Shown: positions 1 through 11,086, counted from the first letter of the stretch. The stretch is 64,000 nt of DNA from Microcoleus sp. (GCA_042408215.1 JAYFMW010000020.1:448001-512000), one strand, 5' to 3'. Numbers and translations: made by a program. The notes: generated by a model not told the origin, from the sequence alone.

Positions 1-128
1 GAGGATTCGCCTCCCAATCATGGCCAACCTCTTTAGGTAGGGAATAGGTAACAGAAATTAATTCCACTAATCATCTATTCCACATTTCCACTGATGAAAG
101 TTTCATTAATTTAAGTGAGCCTCGCTAT

Positions 129-824
129 ATGACGATCGCAGTGATTCACCAACCTCAATATTTACCCTATCTGGGTTTCTTCCACAAACTGAACCAAGGC
201 GACATTTTTGTGGTAATGGATAGCGTGCAATTTATGCGGCGCGGCATTCAACACCGCAACAAAATTAAAACCAACAAAGGTGAGCAATGGTTAACAGTTC
301 CCGTATTCCATCAATCTCCTAGAGAAGAAGAGTATATCAAAGAAGTGCAAATTGACTCGGAACTTCCTTGGGCGCGGAAGCATTGGAATACGCTGCTCAC
401 CAACTACTCCCCGGCTCCTTATTTTGATAAGTACGCCTTTGAACTCCAACAATTACTGGAAAAAGAATGGCATTATCTCTGTGAACTTGACATGGTTTTA
501 ATTCAATGGATTATGGAGGTTTTAGGCATGAAAAAGCAGATTGTTTATTTGTCGGAATTGGCGGTAGATGGAACTAAAAGCGACCTTCTGATCGAGGTTT
601 GTAAAGCCGTGGGGGCTGATACTTATTTATCGGGTTCTGGCGGTAAAGGATATATGGATTTATCACTTTTTGAAGCTGCTGGAATCAATGTAATCTGGCA
701 AGAGTTTAACTCACCATCTTACAATCAACTCTTTCCAGAATTTGGCTTTTTACCGAACCTATCCATTATCGATACTTTATTCTGTTGCGGTCCAGAAACA
801 AGGAACTTCTTAGGAGCTAATTAA
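129..824 (+). CDS. WbqC-family protein
   Basis: N-terminal IHQPQYLPYLGFF motif, D-x-VQF and YLSGxGGxxY motifs; start of a glycan cluster. Confidence 0.85.
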   Translation: MTIAVIHQPQYLPYLGFFHKLNQGDIFVVMDSVQFMRRGIQHRNKIKTNKGEQWLTVPVFHQSPREEEYIKEVQIDSELPWARKHWNTLLTNYSPAPYFDKYAFELQQLLEKEWHYLCELDMVLIQWIMEVLGMKKQIVYLSELAVDGTKSDLLIEVCKAVGADTYLSGSGGKGYMDLSLFEAAGINVIWQEFNSPSYNQLFPEFGFLPNLSIIDTLFCCGPETRNFLGAN

Positions 825-1505
825 GTGAGTCAAGCGATGAACAAAAAAATCCTAGTAATAGCTCCTCATGCTGATGATGAAGTGCTTGGTGTCGGGGGAA
901 CAATGGCTCGGTTTGCTGCCGAGGGTGCTGAAGTTTATGTAGTCATCGCAACCCAAGGCTATCCACCTGATTACCCAGAAGAAATTTCTGAAAATGTTCG
1001 CCAACAAGGGTTAGTGGCTAATCGGTTAATTGGTGTGAAAGAAACCCGATTTCTGACTCTACCAGCAGCGAATTTAGACAGCGTTCCCTACCGCGACATC
1101 AATCATCAATTGGTTGAAGCTATTCATAACATCCAGCCAGAGGTTCTTTATATTCCTTTCAATGGCGATCTTCATGTAGACCATCAAAGAATTTTCTTAT
1201 CAGCTTTAGTGGCGGCGCGACCAAATTGTCTTAATGCACCAACCACAATTTATGCTTACGAAACCCTTTCAGAAACGAACTGGAATGCTCCTTATTTAAC
1301 ACCTAACTTTGTCCCCAATGTTTTTGTGGATATTTCCGGTTATTTGGAGATGAAAATTCAAGCGATGGAAATCTATGCTTCTCAACTCAAACCTTTCCCT
1401 CACGAACGCTCGGAAAAAACTTTAAGAGCTTTGGCGACCTTACGAGGAAGTACGGTAGGGCGTTTCGCAGCGGAGGCTTTTGTTATGGTGCGAGAAATTA
1501 TTTAA
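825..1505 (+). CDS. PIG-L/LmbE-family deacetylase
   Basis: APHADDEVLG and D-x-HVDH metal-binding motifs; true start may be ATG at 837. Confidence 0.9.
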   Translation: MSQAMNKKILVIAPHADDEVLGVGGTMARFAAEGAEVYVVIATQGYPPDYPEEISENVRQQGLVANRLIGVKETRFLTLPAANLDSVPYRDINHQLVEAIHNIQPEVLYIPFNGDLHVDHQRIFLSALVAARPNCLNAPTTIYAYETLSETNWNAPYLTPNFVPNVFVDISGYLEMKIQAMEIYASQLKPFPHERSEKTLRALATLRGSTVGRFAAEAFVMVREII

Positions 1506-1515
1506 AAGGAGCAAA

Positions 1516-2589
1516 ATGATGATGTTGTCAGAATTTATTTTGCCTTGTAATCCAAAATGGAAACGTTTCTTGTCACTGGCTTTGCACGATTTTTACCATC
1601 TGCCAGAGTATGTTTCTTTATCAGCCAAGTATGAACAAAGTCAACCTATTGCTTTCTATGGGGAGGCAGATGAAGCGGCGTTTTTGGTTCCTTTGTTAAC
1701 TCGAAAGATTCCAGAAAGCCTTGAAGCACCGGATAATTGGTACGATGCGACTACCCCTTATGGCTATCCAACACCGCTCTCTATTCCTGCTGATGATACA
1801 TCGAGTTTAGAGATTTTTCTCAAGTCTTTTCGAGAGATGGGAGCGGCATCTGGAATGATTAGTGCGTTCTTCCGTTTGCATCCTTTGCTGCCGCAAAATT
1901 TCGATGTATTAGCTAAATTTGGAACGGTGGTAAAACATGGTCAAACTGTATATATTGATCTGTCTTTATCCGTTGAACAAATGTGGTCGCAAACTAGCAA
2001 AAATCACAGGAAAGATATTAACAAGCTGACCCGATTGGGTTTTCAAGCCCTGATTGATGATTGGAGCTTTTTTGACAAATTTATTGCCATCTATTGGGCA
2101 AATATGCAGCGTGTATCGGCTAGCGAGTTTTACTTCTTTGACGAGAGTTACTTTGTTGATTTGCGTTCTAGTCTGGGCGATCGCCTCCACCTTTGTACCA
2201 TCTTATCTCCTGAAGGAGAAGTCGCTTCCAGTTTATTGTTTACGGCAATTAATGGCATTGTGCAAACCTATCTTTCAGGAACATCTGACAAGTATCTTTC
2301 TCGATCGCCCTCTAAGTTAGAAATAGATGTGGTGCGGCGTTGGGCTAAAGAAAATGGAAATCGCTTTTTGCATTTAGGTGGAGGAGTGGGTTCCCGTCCT
2401 GATTCTTTGTTTAAATTCAAATCTGATTTTTCTGATTTCAGGTCTGATTTTTATACATATAGAATGATTATCGACCCGGAAAAATATACAAACCTTATTC
2501 AAGCTTGGGAGGATAAATATGGAGAGCGCAATGATTTTGAAAATGAGTTTTTCCCGCTCTATCGACTCTCAAAATCCCGCTCTGACTAA
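1516..2589 (+). CDS. GNAT/FemAB-like acyltransferase of glycan biosynthesis
   Basis: HDFYHLPEY, DATTPYGY and HLGGGVG...LFKFK motifs; AAGGAG RBS before ATG 1516. Confidence 0.75.
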   Translation: MMMLSEFILPCNPKWKRFLSLALHDFYHLPEYVSLSAKYEQSQPIAFYGEADEAAFLVPLLTRKIPESLEAPDNWYDATTPYGYPTPLSIPADDTSSLEIFLKSFREMGAASGMISAFFRLHPLLPQNFDVLAKFGTVVKHGQTVYIDLSLSVEQMWSQTSKNHRKDINKLTRLGFQALIDDWSFFDKFIAIYWANMQRVSASEFYFFDESYFVDLRSSLGDRLHLCTILSPEGEVASSLLFTAINGIVQTYLSGTSDKYLSRSPSKLEIDVVRRWAKENGNRFLHLGGGVGSRPDSLFKFKSDFSDFRSDFYTYRMIIDPEKYTNLIQAWEDKYGERNDFENEFFPLYRLSKSRSD

Positions 2590-2804
2590 AGATTCAATTC
2601 AGTCATATATCCAGTTCATCATTGAGGGGTGATACTAATTCATTTCGCGGGAAAAATTTATGCAATTAGGCTCGGAGCAATTCAACTGATGTAAATAATT
2701 GTAACTTTCTGCCAAATTGGCAACATAGTCTGGTTCCACGGGTTTTAATGAGTGTATATAGCCATATTTGTTTGCATCTACCTAATTAATCAACCGACAA
2801 AAGA

Positions 2805-3902
2805 ATGGAGACAAAAACAATGAAATCTAGTTCTTCTTTCCTGAACACTTTTAGTTTCTTGTTGCCTAATTTTTTACGAGAAGATTACTCACCCTACAAA
2901 TGCAATGTCTCTGCTAACCGGGAAAATTATAATCTCCGGGCGCGACGGATACATGGGCAGAATATGATTAAGACTTGGATTAACACAGGCAAAAATCCAT
3001 TTGTCAAGCCGGTAGAATGTAATAATTGTCTATTCGATACGCGGATACCGAACATATACATTGGCTCTGATGGTCTTTGTAATATGTGCATGACTTACCA
3101 AAAGAATTTCAAGTTGGAAATTCTCAATAGCGAATTGGAAACATTTATCAATACCCCGCGAGAGGAAGGAGCTAAACTAGATGCAGTAGTAGCATTCTCA
3201 GGAGGTAAAGACAGTGCCGCGGCTCTTTATTGGGCGAAAAAGAAATTGAATCTAGAGGTAGTTGCTGTCTTAGTACAAAACGGGTTTATTCCCGAACAAG
3301 TGATCGATAATGGTCGAGACTTGTGCGACAAGCTAGGAGTGGAACTCGTTGTTTTAAACATAGAGCTTGCGCCTTTTCTCAAAGACATGATGGATCGAAA
3401 TTTTACGAATGGCTATCCTTGCTATAAATGTGGGGAAATGTTCCACAAGGAAATTCAAATATACTGTGGAACAAAGGGTATTAATCGGGTGATTTTAGGA
3501 CGCAACTGGTGGCGTTGGATTGAACCAGAAGTTCGTTCTGTGCGGTGGGTGAAAGATGAAGCCTCTGGGCTGAATTTGCAGTTCTTTTCCATGCCATTTG
3601 CTTTGCAATTAACCGAAAAGGAGGTGTTAAAAATGCTGGATGATATAGGCTGGAAGACTTTGAAAATCCACGGAAACAGTACAAACTGTGTCATCCCTGG
3701 GTTGATCGAATATCCCATATACCAAAGATTAGGTTATCATCCAGAGCTAAATTTGCTCTCCAGGGAGGTGATTGCAGGTTTTCTGGATAAAGAGGAAGCG
3801 AAGGAACAACTTGCAGACATCAAAGATAATACAGAGATTCTGCGGAAGATGGTTAACAAGAAGCTGGAAGAAGCTCAAAGTGACCAAGGCGAAAAAGGAT
3901 AA
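2805..3902 (+). CDS. PP-loop N-acetyl sugar amidotransferase-like protein (WbuX type)
   Basis: CxxC...CxxC N-terminal motif, PP-loop SGGKDS, PCYKC. Confidence 0.7.
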   Translation: METKTMKSSSSFLNTFSFLLPNFLREDYSPYKCNVSANRENYNLRARRIHGQNMIKTWINTGKNPFVKPVECNNCLFDTRIPNIYIGSDGLCNMCMTYQKNFKLEILNSELETFINTPREEGAKLDAVVAFSGGKDSAAALYWAKKKLNLEVVAVLVQNGFIPEQVIDNGRDLCDKLGVELVVLNIELAPFLKDMMDRNFTNGYPCYKCGEMFHKEIQIYCGTKGINRVILGRNWWRWIEPEVRSVRWVKDEASGLNLQFFSMPFALQLTEKEVLKMLDDIGWKTLKIHGNSTNCVIPGLIEYPIYQRLGYHPELNLLSREVIAGFLDKEEAKEQLADIKDNTEILRKMVNKKLEEAQSDQGEKG

Positions 3903-4042
3903 GCAAAACTGTCAGCCGCAACAATAGGATTACTTCTGTTGTTGCTTGACATTTCTTGGTTTGGTAACAAGACTGCCAGATATCTGTTTTTTTAATTTTT
4001 GTGACAACGGCTTGATTACAAAACTATTTGAGAGGTTTTACT

Positions 4043-4819
4043 ATGGCAACTCTAAAAACAACTTCCTGCAATAAAGAAGTTTACCGGGATAAAGAATTTG
4101 CTCGTTGGGCTTATGGAAATGGTTTGTTACCTGAAGAAAAATATCTGATAGCCAACTATCTAGATCGGAGTAAAAAAACATTGGAGGGAGGTACAGGAGG
4201 AGGGAGACTTTTGTTGGAAATGAGCAAGTTAGGTTTTAATTCTCTTTATGGTTTTGATTACTTACCCGAATTTATTGAGGTAGCAAAACAGAGAGATGTA
4301 GATGGCAATATTGATTTTCAGGTTGAAGATGCCACCCAATTAAATTATGAAGATTGCAGCTTTGAGCAAATCTTATATTTAGGCCAAATGGTTTCTTCCA
4401 TAGATGATGAATTGGGAAGATTAAAAGCTTTAAAGGAAGCTTACCGGATTCTTAAGGTAGGGGGGACTGCCTTATTTTCATTCCTCAGTTTTGACTCCAG
4501 AATCAGCAGTGCTTTATACCGCCCCTATGTGGAGTATATCCGCCTGTTGAGGAAGTTACGCGGGTCAAATCGTTCAATTCAATATCTTCCTTGGCTTAGG
4601 TTTGAGAAACGGCCAAATTTGGCAGCGCTGTTTGATGGAGGTGCTCATGTTTATTGGTACAAAGTTCAAGAAGCTTATCAGCTTTTAAGAGATGTGAATT
4701 TTCAGATTGTTGGATATGCTTCTAGTTACAAGCTGAGCCAAGGTATGATTCATGAATCCCCAGCAACACTAGCTAACGAACCTATTAGAGGAATGCTATA
4801 CTTTGTCTGTAAAAAATGA
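4043..4819 (+). CDS. Class I SAM-dependent methyltransferase
   Basis: LEGGTGGGR motif I, GFD, EDAT, RILKVGG. Confidence 0.85.
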   Translation: MATLKTTSCNKEVYRDKEFARWAYGNGLLPEEKYLIANYLDRSKKTLEGGTGGGRLLLEMSKLGFNSLYGFDYLPEFIEVAKQRDVDGNIDFQVEDATQLNYEDCSFEQILYLGQMVSSIDDELGRLKALKEAYRILKVGGTALFSFLSFDSRISSALYRPYVEYIRLLRKLRGSNRSIQYLPWLRFEKRPNLAALFDGGAHVYWYKVQEAYQLLRDVNFQIVGYASSYKLSQGMIHESPATLANEPIRGMLYFVCKK

Positions 4820-5973
4820 GTTTATTTTCTAACAAAGTGACAAAACAAATTCTCCTGTCAACGCCTCACATGGGCGAACTGGAAGAAAAGTACGTTCAAG
4901 AAGCCTTTGATACCAACTGGATCGCCCCCGTGGGCCCCCATGTAGACGCTTTCGAGCAAGAATTCTGTCAAGTAGTTGGCGCTAAACACGCGGCGGCTGT
5001 TAGTTCCGGGACAGTGGCTTTGCATTTGGCTCTAAAATTAATTGGTGTCGGTTCGGGAGATGAGGTTTTTTGCTCGACTCTGACTTTTATTGCGACTGCT
5101 AGCCCGATTACTTATCTGGGCGCAAAACCAGTTTTTATTGATAGCGATCGCACTTCTTGGAATCTCAACCCCGACTTGCTGCGAGAAGCACTTGACAAAC
5201 GAGCAAAAATTGGTAAATTACCCAAAGCTGTGGTGATTGTACACCTCTACGGTCAAAGTTGCGATCTTGACCCAATTCTAGAAGCTTGCAATTACTATCA
5301 AGTTCCGCTAATAGAAGATGCGGCCGAATCTCTAGGGGCTAGCTACAAAGGTCGCTCTCCGGGAAGCTTTGGTAAAATCGGCATTTTCTCATTCAATGGT
5401 AATAAAATTATCACCACTTCCGGCGGCGGAATGTTAGTTTCCGATGACCAAAAACTGGTAGAAAAAGCTCGTTTTTTTGCGACACAAGCCCGTGACCCCG
5501 CTCCTCATTATCAACACTCAGAAATTGGCTACAATTACCGTCTTAGCAATGTTTTGGCGGGAATTGGTCGCGGTCAATTACAGGTTTTGGAGGAGCGAGT
5601 GGAAGCTAGACGACGCAATTTTGACTTTTACAAACAAGCTTTAGGAAACTTGCCGGGAATTGAATTTATGCCGGAAGCTTCCTTTGGACGCGCTACTCGC
5701 TGGCTGACTTGTTTGACGATCGATCCGATCGCTTTCGGTGCAGATAGAGAACAAGTTCGTTTAGCACTTGCTGAAGAGAAAATAGAAGCGCGTCCGGTTT
5801 GGAAACCTTTGCATTTACAACCAGTTTTTGCTGATTGTGAATGTATGGGCGGTGTCGTGGCTGAAGAGTTATTTGAGTACGGGCTTTGTTTGCCTTCTGG
5901 CTCTAATTTGACTGAGGTCGATTTAGAGCGGGTGACAAGTGCGATCGCCCAAATTCACAAAGAAAATGGATGA
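4816..5973 (+). CDS. DegT/DnrJ/EryC1/StrS nucleotide-sugar aminotransferase (EpsN/PglE-like)
   Basis: SSGTVALHL, IEDAAESLG, SFNGNKIITTSGGG (PLP lysine), GLCLPSGS. Confidence 0.92.
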   Translation: MSLFSNKVTKQILLSTPHMGELEEKYVQEAFDTNWIAPVGPHVDAFEQEFCQVVGAKHAAAVSSGTVALHLALKLIGVGSGDEVFCSTLTFIATASPITYLGAKPVFIDSDRTSWNLNPDLLREALDKRAKIGKLPKAVVIVHLYGQSCDLDPILEACNYYQVPLIEDAAESLGASYKGRSPGSFGKIGIFSFNGNKIITTSGGGMLVSDDQKLVEKARFFATQARDPAPHYQHSEIGYNYRLSNVLAGIGRGQLQVLEERVEARRRNFDFYKQALGNLPGIEFMPEASFGRATRWLTCLTIDPIAFGADREQVRLALAEEKIEARPVWKPLHLQPVFADCECMGGVVAEELFEYGLCLPSGSNLTEVDLERVTSAIAQIHKENG

Positions 5974-6044
5974 TACAGCAGATTCCACGTTTGTGAAGGA
6001 CACCGCGGGATCGATCTATCCCCGCCGTAGGGACACTCCAGGAG

Positions 6045-6245
6045 CCCATAGGTGTCAACTTAAGCCTGAAACCCTTGGTATCTCTTGCTTTTACCTAAGT
6101 CTAGATCCCCCTAAATCCCCCTTAAGAAGGGGGACTTTGAGAAGACTCCTGTCCCCCCCTTCTTAAGGGGGGCTAGGGGGGATCTAGATTTAATAGTCAA
6201 ACAGCAGTCTCTGACTGGGTTTGAGCTTAAGTTGACACCAATGGG
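6045..6245. repeat. Composite palindromic MITE-like element with GC-rich core
   Basis: Terminal inverted arms CCCATAGGTGTCAACTTAAGC / GCTTAAGTTGACACCAATGGG around GATCCCCCTAAATCCCCC...GGGGGGATC; sits inside a GTAGGGACAC...TTCCCTAC REP-like unit. Confidence 0.8.
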
Positions 6246-6388
6246 CATTGCCGTTTCCCTACTTCATAAACCTGGAATACTCGGCGGTTGAAACCGCTAC
6301 TACACAAACAAAGTCCGCCCAACGCGAGACTAAGAAATGAGGGGGATATTTAAGCTGGATTTGATATTACTCATTCCCATTAATTTTC

Positions 6389-7687
6389 CTACCATTCTTC
6401 CAGTGCGATCGCAATTCCCTCTTTCAATCCCGGTTCGAGATTGTCTTGTTTCAATAAACTTTCTAATTGCTGTCTGGCCTCAACAGGATCTAGCTGTTTG
6501 AGCGCTGCCATGCAGTGCAGCCTGACGCTGTTGTCTGCATCCGCCAACATTGAAATCAGAGCGTCTAGCCCTCTCCTATCTCCTAATTTTCCTAACCCTA
6601 AAGCTAAAGATTTTTTGATTTGAGGCGAGTGCAGAGCCGGATGACGGGTTTTGATCCAATCCATCAGAATTGCAGCAGAAGAGGCTTTTAATTCCGGCTT
6701 TTCTACTCTCCCTAAAACAGTGACAATCTCTTGACAAGCCGTAGAGTTTATGTTAATAAATCGCGCAATTAAGGTTTGCTGCAAATAGTCTAAAGCGGTT
6801 GCAGTTTCCATCCAGCCTAAAGCCCGAACAGTTTCGATTTGCAATTCCAGCGGAGTTATTGGCGATCGCAATAATTCAAATAAAGCCGCCGCTGCTGCAT
6901 CGGTTTTCAGCCGTCCGAGCGTCATCGCAGCCTGGTGACAAACTTCTGCATGGAGGTCCCACAGCAAAGGTGACAGCAACTCAACTAAATCCCATTCTGG
7001 ATCCAAGTAAGCACGAACCCCCAGAGCTCGCGCAGCTTCTTTTCTAACTGCTGTCGCCGGATCTTTCAATGCTGCTATCAGTACCCCCGAAATGCGGATG
7101 TCGTGAAAGCTACTCAAGGCCTCGATCGCAGCCAACCGCACGGCTACTTGGGAGTCTCTGACTACACTTAACAGCGGTGGGATGGTTTCACTGTGCCGAA
7201 TTTGAGCAAGTGCTTCTGTTGCCAACAGTCGGGAATCTTTTGACAATAACAGAGTTGCTAGGGATGCTACTGCTGTCGGGCCCAAATTCCCTAGGGTTTC
7301 GGCTGCGATTTGACTCAATTCTTCGTCGGAATTTTTGACTAATTTTGCTAAAGCTTCAATCACTTCGGGGCGATCGAACTTTCCGAGGATGCGGGCCGCA
7401 AACCACCGCTGTTCCCTGTCTGCGTCTTCGTCTTCCAGAAGGGAAATTAAGGGTGCGATCGCCACTGTTCCCAGATTGGGCAATATTTTAGCAATTTCCC
7501 ACCGGTCTTCAAAATCGCCCGACTCTAAAACTTGTATTGCTAAACTTACAGCCAACTCTAAATTGACGGTTTCCGGCGGCTGCTGTCCCTTGAGTGGCAG
7601 TTGCTGCAAGCATTGGACCAGGGATGGCCAGTTTTGGCGATCGGCAGCGACTTGTGCTTGTTCTAAAATGTTAGACATAATATCCAA
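6389..7687 (-). CDS. HEAT/PBS-lyase repeat protein (possibly NirB-like)
   Basis: Multiple HEAT repeats (RWFAARILG, VRLAAIEAL, VRKEAARALG). Confidence 0.8.
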   Translation of the reverse strand: MDIMSNILEQAQVAADRQNWPSLVQCLQQLPLKGQQPPETVNLELAVSLAIQVLESGDFEDRWEIAKILPNLGTVAIAPLISLLEDEDADREQRWFAARILGKFDRPEVIEALAKLVKNSDEELSQIAAETLGNLGPTAVASLATLLLSKDSRLLATEALAQIRHSETIPPLLSVVRDSQVAVRLAAIEALSSFHDIRISGVLIAALKDPATAVRKEAARALGVRAYLDPEWDLVELLSPLLWDLHAEVCHQAAMTLGRLKTDAAAAALFELLRSPITPLELQIETVRALGWMETATALDYLQQTLIARFININSTACQEIVTVLGRVEKPELKASSAAILMDWIKTRHPALHSPQIKKSLALGLGKLGDRRGLDALISMLADADNSVRLHCMAALKQLDPVEARQQLESLLKQDNLEPGLKEGIAIALEEW

Positions 7688-7864
7688 TCATAAATTGTAG
7701 AGGCGGGTTGAGTTAGGGTCTATCTTATGAGCGAGCTAGCTGCTGCTTTCACCCGCCCTCACCCCATGTTATATTCATTTGTACCACTTACTTACCAATT
7801 GTCAATTACCAATTACCCCTCGTAACAAATAACCAATAACCAATAACAAATAACAAATAACAAA

Positions 7865-8731
7865 ATGAAAAAAGCTCTGTTTTTAGTAAACCAACACTCC
7901 CGAAAAGGGAAACAGCTATTATCTCAAGCCACAGCAGAATTACAAACACTGGGTTTTGAGCTAATAACAGAATCTACAGCCCACCCCCGCGACCTTCCCG
8001 ACACAATTCGGCGCTACCAAAATCAAGTTGAATTAGTCATAGTCGGCGGTGGCGACGGCACTCTCAATGCAGCCATAGAAGGTTTGCTCGATACTAAGTT
8101 ACCCTTGGGTATTTTGCCGATGGGAACTGCTAATGACCTAGCTCGCACTCTGGGAATTCCTACATCTTTACCGGAAGCTTGTCAAGTAATTGCCAACAAT
8201 CAAGTCCGACTGATAGATTTAGGTTGGGTAAACGGCAAGCATTTTTTTAATGTAGCAAGTTTAGGATTGAGCGTGCAAATTACCGAGCGGCTGACTAAAG
8301 AAGTGAAGCAGCGCTGGGGAGTTTTCGCTTATGCTTTCACTGCATTACAGGTACTTTGGTCAGCGCGACCTTTCCGAGCAGAAATTATGGTTAATCATCA
8401 ATCTTTTTATGTAAAAACTATTCAAATTGCTATTGGAAACGGTCGCTATTACGGCGGCGGCTTGACAGTTGCCGAGGATGCAAGAATAGACGATCGGCGA
8501 CTAGATTTGTACAGTTTGGAAATCAAAAATTGGTGGGAAATAATTGCTTTGCTGCCAGCAATGAGGCAAGGAAATCATTCCACTTTACCCAACGTTCGCA
8601 CCTGGGAAGCTCAAGAAATTGAAGTATATACTAGCAAACGCCGTCCGATTAATACCGACGGTGAAATCACAACTTACACCCCTGCAAAATTTCGAGTCAT
8701 TCCCAAAGCTTTAGCAGTTATAGCTCCCTAA
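7865..8731 (+). CDS. YegS/Rv2252/BmrU lipid kinase
   Basis: GGGDGT, PMGTANDLAR, NGRYYGGG, NTDGE motifs. Confidence 0.92.
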   Translation: MKKALFLVNQHSRKGKQLLSQATAELQTLGFELITESTAHPRDLPDTIRRYQNQVELVIVGGGDGTLNAAIEGLLDTKLPLGILPMGTANDLARTLGIPTSLPEACQVIANNQVRLIDLGWVNGKHFFNVASLGLSVQITERLTKEVKQRWGVFAYAFTALQVLWSARPFRAEIMVNHQSFYVKTIQIAIGNGRYYGGGLTVAEDARIDDRRLDLYSLEIKNWWEIIALLPAMRQGNHSTLPNVRTWEAQEIEVYTSKRRPINTDGEITTYTPAKFRVIPKALAVIAP

Positions 8732-8752
8732 TAACTCACCACTTATATATAT

Positions 8753-9412
8753 TTGTGTTGTAGAACAGGCATCTTGCCTGTTCATATATTAGCCAGGTTC
8801 CTAGAGCAGCCACGTTCATATATTAGCCACGGGCAAGATGCCCGTGCCACAATTAATTGATCGCTCAATAAATTGTGTTGTGAAACAGGCATCTTGCCTG
8901 TTCCTATATGGGCAAGATGCCCGTGCCACAATTAATTAATCGCTCAATAAATTGTGTTGTGAAACAGGCATCTTGCCTGTTCCTATATGGGCAAGATGCC
9001 CGTGCCACAATTAATTGATCGCTCAATAAATTGTGTTGTGAAACAGGCATCTTGCCTGTTCCTATATGGGCAAGATGCCCGTGCCACAATTAATTGATCG
9101 CTCAATAAATTGTGTTGTGAAACAGGCATCTTGCCTGTTCCTATATGGGCAAGATGCCCGTGCCACAATTAATTGATCGCTCAATAAATTGTGTTGTGAA
9201 ACAGGCATCTTGCCTGTTCCTATATGGGCAAGATGCCCGTGCCACAATTAATTGATCGCTCAATAAATTGTGTTGTGAAACAGGCATCTTGCCTGTTCCT
9301 ATATGGGCAAGATGCCCGTGCCACAATTAATTGATCGCTCAATAAATTGTGTTGTGAAACAGGCATCTTGCCTGTTCCTATATCAGCCACGGGCAAGATG
9401 CCCGTGCCACAA
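8753..9412. repeat. Tandem array of a 79-bp REP-like unit
   Basis: Unit starts at 8871, 8950, 9029, 9108, 9187, 9266, 9345 plus a degenerate first copy; each unit has ACAGGCATCTTGCCTGT and GGGCAAGATGCCC hairpins; lies between convergent genes. Confidence 0.95.
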
Positions 9413-9420
9413 TCAATCAA

Positions 9421-10986
9421 TTAATAATCGCCTCCAGCGCCATATTCCCAGGCTTCAATTAATCGGTGAAAGTAGTATTGCTGCTCCGGTGACAACTTTT
9501 GTACCTGCGGTTCTATGACTTTCCCCAAAGGTTGCAATCCCGTATAAATTCCTAAATTCACATAATGAACCATCCAATATAACAAATTAGCTATTCCCAC
9601 CTGCGGGATGATTTTCATAACTAATCCGGGATGGCTAATTGCTGTTTTAAAAAGCGTTTTGGATAAAGCTGGAAATAGCACTATATCCTGAAGAAATGGT
9701 TTAATAACTGGTTCTCCTAAATCTTCCATTACCTGAAATACGCTAGCCAAAAGTTGATTAATTTGATTGGGTTCTATTTTTTGATTGACAGCAGCACTCA
9801 TGGAACGCTGAAACAACCATGTAACTGATAGATTGGGCTGGTACGGTTGCAAAAGTGCGATCGCATTTTGACTGAGACTGTCGCTTGTCAAAGCTTCATC
9901 AATTCCCAGAGTCAAGCGTTTGAGGTGGCGCACCATTGCGCCGAATCCTCCGAAGCTGAGGGGAGATTGGCTCCCGCTACTGTCTCCGACTGGGAGAATG
10001 CGATCCCAGGGCGTTTTTAGCGGACTTTGGCGATAGCATGGAAAGAATCCGTAGAGCGCTCTTTGAAATTTTAGTTGGTTAAGTTCGACGTTTTGATATT
10101 GTGGTAGCAGTCGCAAATAGTCTTCAAATAATGTTTCTAAACTGAATCTTTCTGTGTCGGCGTCTAGGTAAGTAAATAGGTAAGTTGTGCGGCCATCTCG
10201 TGCGGGAAATGCTTCCCAAAAATATTGGCAATGATTTTGCATTGGGGTGAAGGATGCAAATATATCGCCGGTGTCGTTTTTGGGGAATCCTTGAGCGCAA
10301 CTACCGACTACTAAACACACGGCGTCGGGTTTTTTTCCTTGTCTTGCTTGTCGCACAATGGGGGAAAAGTGTCCCATTGCGTCTAGTAATAATCGGGTTT
10401 TAAATAAATTTTTAGCTGCTTGTGAATCTGTAGTTAAAGATTCTACTGCGACTCCATCTGGGTGAATTGTTGCTGTATGAAATGGTGTATTTTCAAATAG
10501 TTTGCCTCCGGCTTGGAGGAATCGCTGTTTGAGGGTTTCGAGGAGGTAAACTGGGTCTATGCCGATGTTTAGTACGTCGCGTACCCAGATATCGGGGGTG
10601 TTGGGAAAGCTGATGCGGGCTGGGTTGTATTCGGTAGCAACTGCTTTTTCGATCTCTGCAACCGATAGCAAATTTAGTTCTACGAATGCGTCTAATTCTT
10701 TGCGAGAAATGTTCCATTCTTGCTCGCGCCCGCGCAGTGTACCGCGTTCGAGTAACGCAACTCGCCAACCCCGCACGGCTAAGGCGGTACCGATTAATAT
10801 TCCGAGGGTGCCGCCACTGATAACTATGTCGAAATCGAGGGTTTCGAGGGGTTGTGGGCTGTGTTTTACAGATTCGGGTACGGGTGCGGTGTTTTGTTTG
10901 AGGTTTTCCCAGAGTCGATCGACCTTTCGTAAGCCTCCGAGGGCATCTCCCGGTAGTTGGGAGAGAATTTGTTCGGTGAGAGACAT
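9421..10986 (-). CDS. cruP: FAD-dependent oxidoreductase, CruP/CruA lycopene cyclase-like
   Basis: GGTLG, GREQEWNISR, YFWEAFPA, QSPLSFGGFG motifs; about 520 aa fits CruP better than CruA. Confidence 0.7.
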   Translation of the reverse strand: MSLTEQILSQLPGDALGGLRKVDRLWENLKQNTAPVPESVKHSPQPLETLDFDIVISGGTLGILIGTALAVRGWRVALLERGTLRGREQEWNISRKELDAFVELNLLSVAEIEKAVATEYNPARISFPNTPDIWVRDVLNIGIDPVYLLETLKQRFLQAGGKLFENTPFHTATIHPDGVAVESLTTDSQAAKNLFKTRLLLDAMGHFSPIVRQARQGKKPDAVCLVVGSCAQGFPKNDTGDIFASFTPMQNHCQYFWEAFPARDGRTTYLFTYLDADTERFSLETLFEDYLRLLPQYQNVELNQLKFQRALYGFFPCYRQSPLKTPWDRILPVGDSSGSQSPLSFGGFGAMVRHLKRLTLGIDEALTSDSLSQNAIALLQPYQPNLSVTWLFQRSMSAAVNQKIEPNQINQLLASVFQVMEDLGEPVIKPFLQDIVLFPALSKTLFKTAISHPGLVMKIIPQVGIANLLYWMVHYVNLGIYTGLQPLGKVIEPQVQKLSPEQQYYFHRLIEAWEYGAGGDY

Positions 10987-11086
10987 CGGTTTTAATATTA
11001 CTTTATCTTAATTTTATGCCGTCTCAACAAAATACGATCGCCATTTTTCCAAAAAGAGCGATCGTACTTTGTTATTTGTCGGAGAG

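Noticed and set aside
8753..9412. CRISPR array, or repeated 61-aa peptide genes
   Set aside because: No unique spacers and no cas genes; the ORFs are by-products of the 79-bp period
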